Below, piece by piece: positions 57,668 to 64,000 of a stretch of DNA of 64,000 nt; within the stretch, counting starts at the first letter, position 1; every line of letters starts with the position of its first letter. The notes beneath the pieces are model-generated. The model made no database searches. It saw only the letters and a program-made list of their open reading frames with translations, and had not been told where the DNA came from. The stretch spans positions 1,440,001 through 1,504,000 of the forward strand of contig OZ243927.1 in assembly GCA_965213925.1 (NCBI GenBank), read 5' to 3'. The position numbers and the translations under genes were made by a program. The DNA comes from Trueperaceae bacterium (GTDB lineage Bacteria > Deinococcota > Deinococci > Deinococcales > Trueperaceae).

Positions 57668-58666
57668 TTAGACCTTTTCTTGGAGCCCTTCAAAGGGCGC
57701 GGCTAAACCCGCTTCGGCGGCGCGAATCGCCTCATGCGGAGCCCACGCCAACGCCCGCACGCCCTTATAGGCGCGGAGCGCCCCGTCCCGTTCGCCTGCC
57801 AAATCGCGAAGTTGACCCAAGCGCGACAGGAGGTAGCCAGGCAGGTAATACGGCTCGCTGAAGTCGCCTCGGCTCGCCGCTTCTAAGAGGTCCAAGGCTT
57901 CTACGGTGTGACCGTTCGCGAGGAGCAGGTTCGCCTCGTGAAAGCGTGCCTCAGCGAGGTCCGAGGACCTGAGTTGCGCGATCACATTGCCGGGCTCGGG
58001 CACGTCGCCGCGAAAGGCGAAGTCTAGGAGGCTGCGCGTTCTCACCTCTTCTGTGGGTTCGCTCTCGCTCGGAAGGACCAGCTCGGCTTTGTCTCGGAGG
58101 GCGTCCTCTAAAAAGGGTACGTGGTCGATGCTCGCTAGAGCTGCTACGCGCTCGTGCGGCAGCGCTAAAATCCGCGCCGCCATCACCTGGATACGTTCAC
58201 GCAACCAATCCGTGCCCGGACCATCCCCGAACGCCTCCTCTTTGACCTCTGCCTGTTCGCGTATGATCGGCACGACCTCTTGGCGAATGCGTTTTAAGGT
58301 CAATCCTTCTTGCAGAAGTGCGTTAAGAGGCCTTAGCAGTGCGCCCAGTTGCGCTACGGTACCGCGCGTCTTTTCGTACTGCGACAAGTAGCGCTGGAAG
58401 TCGGCTTCGGCGCTCGGGTCGGGGCTGGGCTCGAGCACCCCGTAAACCTCTTTGCCGTTGCGCCTCGCCCACGGCACCACGCTGAGAGGTAACGGAATCT
58501 CGGGCGTGTCTTGCCAGTCCAGCGTGCTAAAAGTGTCGGGCTCTAAAACAGTCGTCGCTACTACGTCCGGCTGAACGTCACGCACGATGTCTTTCACGCT
58601 CACCGCGTTGTAGAGCGGAAAGCGTAGGTGAAAGGGTCCCATGAGCGGGACGAGGGTCAGCTTCAC
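57668..58666 (-). CDS. Hypothetical protein with C-terminal TPR-like helices
   Basis: Long ORF with host-like codon usage; LSRLGQLRDLAGERDGALRAY; GTGA overlap with the upstream gene. Confidence 0.75.
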   Translation of the reverse strand: MKLTLVPLMGPFHLRFPLYNAVSVKDIVRDVQPDVVATTVLEPDTFSTLDWQDTPEIPLPLSVVPWARRNGKEVYGVLEPSPDPSAEADFQRYLSQYEKTRGTVAQLGALLRPLNALLQEGLTLKRIRQEVVPIIREQAEVKEEAFGDGPGTDWLRERIQVMAARILALPHERVAALASIDHVPFLEDALRDKAELVLPSESEPTEEVRTRSLLDFAFRGDVPEPGNVIAQLRSSDLAEARFHEANLLLANGHTVEALDLLEAASRGDFSEPYYLPGYLLSRLGQLRDLAGERDGALRAYKGVRALAWAPHEAIRAAEAGLAAPFEGLQEKV

Positions 58667-58995
58667 GCCTCGTCGTCCCAATCATCTGCATCTAGGTCAT
58701 CTAAACCTAAATCATCTAACAAATCCAAGTCGTCTAATAAATCCAGGTCGTCCAAGTCTAGGTCGTCCAAGTCTAGGTCGTCCAAACCTCTTGCGCGCCG
58801 GAGCTGCTCTAAACGCCACGCTTTTTCGTCCTCGAGCCTTAGTAAATACGCATGTCTGTCGCGCCTCGCCTGCGCCTCGCGCTGAATGCGCCTCAGAAGC
58901 CTCTCGCCCGCAGGGACCTCGGTCTCTCCTTGAGCGGCGCGTTTCTCCGAGCGCCGTTTCGTTTGCTTGCTGCGCCTTTTGCTCTTTTTCGCCAT
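58663..58995 (-). CDS. Small protein with basic N-terminus and (LDD/LD)n acidic tail
   Basis: TACCAT 5 nt before ATG; overlaps the next gene's start; repeat-encoded tail. Confidence 0.6.
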   Translation of the reverse strand: MAKKSKRRSKQTKRRSEKRAAQGETEVPAGERLLRRIQREAQARRDRHAYLLRLEDEKAWRLEQLRRARGLDDLDLDDLDLDDLDLLDDLDLLDDLGLDDLDADDWDDEA

Positions 58996-59234
58996 AGTGT
59001 ATGGTACGGCGTAATATGCAAGGGGAAGGTAGGCTCGAGCGATGAGGCAAGTGTGGAGTAAGAAGTGGTAATGAACGTTCTAGGCTTCTCACTTGCACCT
59101 TCCATGAAGCCCTACTGTAGAGAGCGCTACTGATGAAGGGCGTCAATGCACCTATGGTAGACTGTTAGTAAGTTCACTGTTCGCATGTAGGGGTAAACCT
59201 TACAGCGACGAGCCAGAGACTCTAAGGGGGTTTA

Positions 59235-59777
59235 ATGGATAACTCGAGAGACAATACGAGCACCATACCTAAGGGCAGCGCCCAAACGGAGCACGAGGAC
59301 CCGAGCGCGCAAGAGGCGGCGCAAGACGTTGCCAAAGACGCTCAGGCTAGGGCGCGCGAGGTCGGACGCGCCGTCTCTGAGCAGACCAAAGAGGCGGCTA
59401 AAGAGCTGCGCCAGAGCGCGGAGGCGTCTTTTTCGGACAGCAAGGGGCAACTCGCGCAGCAGATCGCGGGGCTCGCCAAAGCCTTTCGGAGCGGCGGCGA
59501 CACCTTGCGCGACGAGGAGCTAGGTGACTTCGCCCGCTTGAGCGACGGGGCGGCGGAGCGGCTCGAGGACCTCAGCGACCAACTGAACCGCAACACGGAC
59601 GACCTCTTGAGTGACCTGCAGGACGTCGCGCAGGAGCGCCCGGTGCTCTTCGTGGGCGGACTGCTCACCATCGGCGTCCTCTCGGCGCGGTTCTTGAGGA
59701 GTTCGCAGGGCTCATCCGGTTATGACGACTACGACGCCGACTTTAACTACCAGAGTTATGAGCGGGGGGACGAGTGA
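59235..59777 (+). CDS. Hydrophilic helical protein with tail anchor (YqjD/ElaB-like, stress-type)
   Basis: AQEAAQDVAKDAQ repeats; QERPVLFVGG...ARFLRSS; AAGGGGG RBS. Confidence 0.7.
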   Translation: MDNSRDNTSTIPKGSAQTEHEDPSAQEAAQDVAKDAQARAREVGRAVSEQTKEAAKELRQSAEASFSDSKGQLAQQIAGLAKAFRSGGDTLRDEELGDFARLSDGAAERLEDLSDQLNRNTDDLLSDLQDVAQERPVLFVGGLLTIGVLSARFLRSSQGSSGYDDYDADFNYQSYERGDE

Positions 59778-60607
59778 GCGACACGAGAGACAGAAATTTA
59801 GAGAATAAGAGCCCGGACGAGTTGGAGCACGACATCGAAGAAACGCGGGCGCGCATCAGGGGCGAGATGGGCGCGCTGGGCTACAAGCTCGGCCCCGAAG
59901 GGCTACGCGACAGCGCCGGAGACGCCCTGGACGACACGCAAAAAACCGTCATCAGCGTCACGGAGCAGCTTAAAAAGGGCGTCGTCGAAAGCTCGGACAG
60001 CATCGGCGGCAGATTATCGGCGTTCATCAAACAGAATCCGGTGCCCGCGACGCTTTTCGGCGTCGGGCTGGCTTGGCTGCTCAAACAAGGACAGGAGAGC
60101 AGGGGTCACAGGGGTAGTAATACCCTCCGAAGAGGCGGCAGCAGAGGAGGCACCACGGAGAGGGTTAGTCGTGGGCGTAGCAGAAGCCAATCGCGCGCCG
60201 AAGGAGGAGACAGCAGTCGTAACGTGAACCGCTCGCGCTCCGCAGCAGCTAGCGACGATACGGACGATACCATCGTCGCCAATACGCCTGGCGGGAGCAG
60301 TTCCGGGCGCAGTGTAGGAAGCTACGAGCGCACGAACGCGAAAGCGGGCGCTGCGCCCCGTGACGAGGACGAAGCCTTCCGCTCGCATTACGAATCGAAC
60401 GTCAGCGCAAACGGTGACTTTGAAGATTACGAGCCCGCCTACCGCTACGGCTTCGACTTAGCGTCCGAGAGCGAATTTCAGGGTAAGCCCTGGCACGACG
60501 CCAGAGGCGACATCAAGCGCCGCTGGGACGAAGAGCGCAACGAGCCCTGGTATAAGTTTGACGAGGCCGTCGAGCACGGTTACACCACCGCGCAGTCACG
60601 CCGCTGA
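59774..60607 (+). CDS. DUF3618-domain protein
   Basis: SPDELEHDIEETRARI...KLGP; KQNPVPATLFGVGLAWL; C-terminal YEPAYRYG...W. Confidence 0.75.
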   Translation: MSDTRDRNLENKSPDELEHDIEETRARIRGEMGALGYKLGPEGLRDSAGDALDDTQKTVISVTEQLKKGVVESSDSIGGRLSAFIKQNPVPATLFGVGLAWLLKQGQESRGHRGSNTLRRGGSRGGTTERVSRGRSRSQSRAEGGDSSRNVNRSRSAAASDDTDDTIVANTPGGSSSGRSVGSYERTNAKAGAAPRDEDEAFRSHYESNVSANGDFEDYEPAYRYGFDLASESEFQGKPWHDARGDIKRRWDEERNEPWYKFDEAVEHGYTTAQSRR

Positions 60608-60831
60608 GCTTTAGAATACTTGCAGGCATACGAAGTTACTAAGATTGTATCACGCAGATTTCAGCGCAAAGCGCCGTCCCGCTAAGCTTTGCTTGAGAAC
60701 GAAACTTCATCTCTGATGCGTGCTCATCAATGTTTCTCTTAGTGAGAGCGTTGCTGCGCCCAGCGGGAACGGGACCACGCGACTAAACTTCGTTAATTAC
60801 GACCAGATGATACCTGCTATAGGAGGCAGCC

Positions 60832-61245
60832 GTGGCTGACGCAAACCCCAAAAAGGAGCAGAGTTTAGGCGCGCTTTTCGCCGACCTCTCCGACAAGACA
60901 ACCTTACTCATCCGCCAGGAAATTGATCTCGCCAAACAGGAGATGACTGAAAAGATCAAACGCGCGGCGATGGACGTCGTCTCCTTTCTCATCGGCGCGT
61001 TCGTCGCCTACATCGGGCTTTTAGCCCTCATCGCCGCCGCCGCTATCGCCCTCGCGCTGGTCTTACCCGACTGGGTCGCGACACTCATCGTCGGTCTCGT
61101 CGTGATCGCGATAGGCGGTATTATGATAATGGTGGGCGTCAACAGCCTTAAAGACATCAGCCTTAAACCGGAGCGAACGATCAACACCCTGAAAGACACA
61201 CAGACGCTTGCAGATGACGCGAAAGCCGCGAAGGAGCAGTCATGA
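60832..61245 (+). CDS. Phage-holin-family (YqjE-like) membrane protein
   Basis: SLGALFADL...LIRQEIDLAKQEM, two TM, PERTINTLKD; AGGAGG RBS. Confidence 0.85.
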   Translation: MADANPKKEQSLGALFADLSDKTTLLIRQEIDLAKQEMTEKIKRAAMDVVSFLIGAFVAYIGLLALIAAAAIALALVLPDWVATLIVGLVVIAIGGIMIMVGVNSLKDISLKPERTINTLKDTQTLADDAKAAKEQS

Positions 61246-62114
61246 GCGATAAGAATAAAAACAAAAAATCCCCGCTAGTCACAGGCAACAACCGAAAGTC
61301 CGCCGATTCCTTAGCGAACGACGACAGCACCTTAGAGACCGGGTCCAACTTGCCTCAAGAAAGCGACCCGACCACTGCGCCCATCATCACGGGTCAAGAC
61401 ATAAACGAACCCGTTGACCCGAACCCCACCTCGCTCGGCGAGACGCGCTCACCGACCGAGCGCTCGCTGCAGACCGAGGACAAGCTGAGAGACTCTTACG
61501 GGCGTCCGATCGGTAGCACGGACGTAGGCAGTAGTGCAGGGAGCCCAGGCTATCCCCGCCCGTCGGACCGCACAGCGGATATAGGCACCCCCAACACGGG
61601 GAGCAGCTTCGGCAGTCAGGGTCAGTCCAGCAGCCAGTCGGGACAAGACACGACCGAGCAAGCCAAGCGCGAAGCCCAGCAGCGCACCGAGCAAGCGAAG
61701 CAGAAAACGCAGGAGGCGCGGCGCGAGGCGGAGCAGGGGGCGCAGCAGGCGAAGCGCGAAGCGCAGCAACGCGCCAAGCAAGCCAAGCGCGGCTTTTCCA
61801 AGATGATGGACGAGCAACCCCTTGTCGTCGGTTTAGTTGCGGCTCTAGTCGGTATCCTTGTCGGGCTCGCCTTCCCCAGCACCCGCCGCGAAAACGAGAT
61901 GATGGGCGAAGTCAGCGACGGCGCCATCCAACGCGCTAAAGAGGTCGCGCAAAGAACCCTCGAGACCGCCAAAGAGACAGTGAAAGAGGAAGCGCGGAGC
62001 CAGGGCCTAACGCCTGAGAGCCTCAAGCAAGAGGCGCAGGATGTGGCGCAGAAGACGGCGGAAGAGGCGCAGGAGACCGCCAAAGAAGAGGCGCAGAAGA
62101 AGTCGAACAACTAA
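61242..62114 (+). CDS. LEA-like hydrophilic protein with internal membrane anchor
   Basis: 11-residue repeats (TEQAKREAQQR, TEQAKQKTQEA, AQQAKREAQQR); EQPLVVGLVAALVG...PSTRRENEMMGE. Confidence 0.75.
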   Translation: MSDKNKNKKSPLVTGNNRKSADSLANDDSTLETGSNLPQESDPTTAPIITGQDINEPVDPNPTSLGETRSPTERSLQTEDKLRDSYGRPIGSTDVGSSAGSPGYPRPSDRTADIGTPNTGSSFGSQGQSSSQSGQDTTEQAKREAQQRTEQAKQKTQEARREAEQGAQQAKREAQQRAKQAKRGFSKMMDEQPLVVGLVAALVGILVGLAFPSTRRENEMMGEVSDGAIQRAKEVAQRTLETAKETVKEEARSQGLTPESLKQEAQDVAQKTAEEAQETAKEEAQKKSNN

Positions 62115-62135
62115 AAGTCTCTTGCTGTTTTGTCT

Positions 62136-62162
62136 AGGCTCCTCGAGAGGGGAGCCTTTTTT
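62136..62162 (+). terminator. Rho-independent terminator
   Basis: aggctcc...ggagcct followed by a T-tract. Confidence 0.8.
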
Positions 62163-62177
62163 GTTGAATGCGAACGT

Positions 62178-62737
62178 TTACGATTGCTCAAATCTGTAAA
62201 GGAACCAATTAGGAGCAAGACGCAGATATTTTCCTTCGGTTGCTTTGAGCCCTTCTGTGACCTTGTTAGGACTAGGTGTCCACAGGTAGCCAAAAAACTC
62301 GGTGTCAATCATATGAGCTTTCGTGCCCACGATAAGGATTACTTCAGATAAATCGTCACCTCTTACTGACACTCTTAGAACTTTAGCGTGGCGCATAGCC
62401 TCAAACAGCGGTTCATACGCTTCACCTTCTGGATGCTGAGACACACTGTATCTACCTTGCAAAGCTTGCCTCGCATAGGTTACATCCGCGGCTAATATCT
62501 CTTTGACGACTGCCTCGAGCGCGGCTCCATTGGACTGGAAACGACTGCCTCGAGCGCGGCTCCATTGGACTGGAAATGGCTTCTCAAGCGAGCTTCATCG
62601 TGGATTCCAGGGGAGGAGCCACCGAATAGAAGTAGCAAGAAGCCTAGAAAGATAGAAGCTACTACCCCTAACGAAAGAGCCACCGAGCCCACCACTACGA
62701 GTAAGTTGCGAAGCACTGGATTCATTGTGCGGAGCAT
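62178..62737 (-). pseudogene. Membrane-anchored hypothetical protein gene frameshifted by a 35-bp tandem duplication
   Basis: 62506-62540 is identical to 62541-62575; removing one copy joins ORFs 62492-62737 and 62178-62462 into one 174-aa frame (...ALEAVVKEILAADVTYARQALQGRY...). Confidence 0.8.
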
Positions 62738-62800
62738 ATCTAAAGTATAGCTAATGTTCCAGTCAAGCCTTCAGTAATTATCACGCCTTACTAATCCCTC

Positions 62801-63709
62801 TCAAAACACCACCGTCTTATTCCCAAACACCAACACCCTATCCTCCAAATGCGCCGCCACCGCCCGCGCCAACACCGTGCGCTCAATTTCACGCCCAACC
62901 CTCACGAGGTCTTTGGCTGATTCTTTATGCGATACCCGCGCCACATCCTGCTCGATAATCGGACCTTCGTCCAAATCATCGGTGACGTAGTGCGCGGTCG
63001 CGCCGATGAGCTTCACGCCGCGCTGATAGGCGTGTTTGTAGGGATTCGCGCCGACGAAGGCGGGCAAAAAGGAGTGGTGGATGTTGAGGATACGCTGAGG
63101 GTAGTGCGCGACGAACTCGCTTGAAAGAATCTGCATGTAGCGGGCGAGAACGATGAAGTCCACCTTGCCATCCAAAAGCGCCAACACCTGCGCCTCTTGC
63201 TCGGCTTTGGTCTCCTTTGTGACCGGTAAGTGATGAAAGGTCAAGCCGAAGGATTCGACGGTTTCACGTAAGTCGTCGTGGTTGGAAACGACAAAAGGTA
63301 TCTCCACATCAAATTCGCCGCTGCGGACGCGCCAGAGGAGTTCTAAGAGGCAGTGGTCGTATTTGGAGACCATCACTACCATGCGTTTTGTCTGGTCGGC
63401 GTAGGATATGCGCCAGTCCATCGTAAAAGGTTTGGCGACAACCTCGGCGAAGGCGCGCTCAAATTGTGGGCGCGTCACATCTAAGTCTTCTAGGTAAAAG
63501 ACCATGCGCATGAAGAACTCGCCGCCGGTAGGGTCGGTGGAGTGTTGGGCGGCGTCTAAGACGTTCGCGCCGTGCGCGTAGAGAAACTGCGAGACGGCGG
63601 CCACAATGCCGGGGCGGTCCGGGCAGGAGATGAGGAGTTTGGCGGTTTGACCCTTAGAAGTAGGGGGTTGAGGGGAGTGAACGCTAAGCGAGGGGTTGGC
63701 TGAGGACAT
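62801..63709 (-). CDS. purU: Formyltetrahydrofolate deformylase
   Basis: [52 protein letters not shown]...EGPIIEQ. Confidence 0.97.
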   Translation of the reverse strand: MSSANPSLSVHSPQPPTSKGQTAKLLISCPDRPGIVAAVSQFLYAHGANVLDAAQHSTDPTGGEFFMRMVFYLEDLDVTRPQFERAFAEVVAKPFTMDWRISYADQTKRMVVMVSKYDHCLLELLWRVRSGEFDVEIPFVVSNHDDLRETVESFGLTFHHLPVTKETKAEQEAQVLALLDGKVDFIVLARYMQILSSEFVAHYPQRILNIHHSFLPAFVGANPYKHAYQRGVKLIGATAHYVTDDLDEGPIIEQDVARVSHKESAKDLVRVGREIERTVLARAVAAHLEDRVLVFGNKTVVF

Positions 63710-63788
63710 AGTCAAACTCTATCAGGTGAGCTTGCGGCGGGAGGGTAATATGTGCGTTGACGCCGCCGAAACGCCTTGTTGTGCGGGT

Positions 63789-64000
63789 TTAGGGGCTCGA
63801 GCCCAGCACCGAACGTCCCAAATACGTTTTGAACGCCGCCGCCGAGACCGAACGCGCCAGATAGTACCCTTGCGCATGGGGACAGTTCTGTTGGGTCAAA
63901 AAGTCGAGCTGCGCTTTGGTTTCTACCCCTTCGGCGGTGATGTTAAGCCCTAGCGCGTCCGCCATAAAGAGGATGGTTTCAACGATAGCGACGTCGCCCG
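63789..64000 (-). CDS. C-terminal part of an EAL-domain (c-di-GMP phosphodiesterase) protein, partial
   Basis: Manual translation: AIVETILFMADALGLNITAEGVETKAQLDFL...CPHAQGYYLARS...*. Confidence 0.88.
   Translation of the reverse strand, partial: GDVAIVETILFMADALGLNITAEGVETKAQLDFLTQQNCPHAQGYYLARSVSAAAFKTYLGRSVLGSSP

Noticed and set aside
60832..61245. Holin-family gene as prophage evidence
   Set aside because: No endolysin, structural or integrase genes; the context is the YqjE/DUF3618 stress-type cluster.

Overview
GC-rich bacterial chromosomal window, most likely from a Deinococcota (Truepera/Deinococcus-like) genome. This is inferred from the Thermus-type V/A-ATPase operon order, the obg-nadD-yqeK-LCP-rsfS block, mqnD and many genes with a -10 hexamer 5-7 nt before the start codon. 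Housekeeping content includes the V/A-ATPase operon (G-I-K-E-C-F-A, A partial), lutABC, rplS, tRNA-Ala(GGC), rplU-rpmA-obgE, ppx, trpF, an acyl-CoA carboxylase beta subunit, an AddAB-like pair and purU. No CRISPR array, transposase or prophage was seen. The main unusual features: (1) a receptor- and kinase-free cheB / cheR-PAS / coiled-coil / PAS-PAS-LuxR cluster that could couple glutamate methylation directly to a transcription factor; (2) a single ORF fusing an O-antigen-ligase/OTase domain, an inserted sugar-binding-like domain and a WbaP-type initiating transferase; (3) a DnaA-box cluster at about 28.4-28.7 kb with no dnaA nearby; (4) three interleaved, sometimes mutually nested dispersed repeat families (about 200-bp MITE-like elements, GTAG-type REPs, heptamer-repeat hairpins); (5) two frame-disrupted genes (addA by one extra base; a membrane gene by a 35-bp tandem duplication); (6) a probable ATA start codon for rsfS. 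All calls come from reading motifs by eye; no searches were run.
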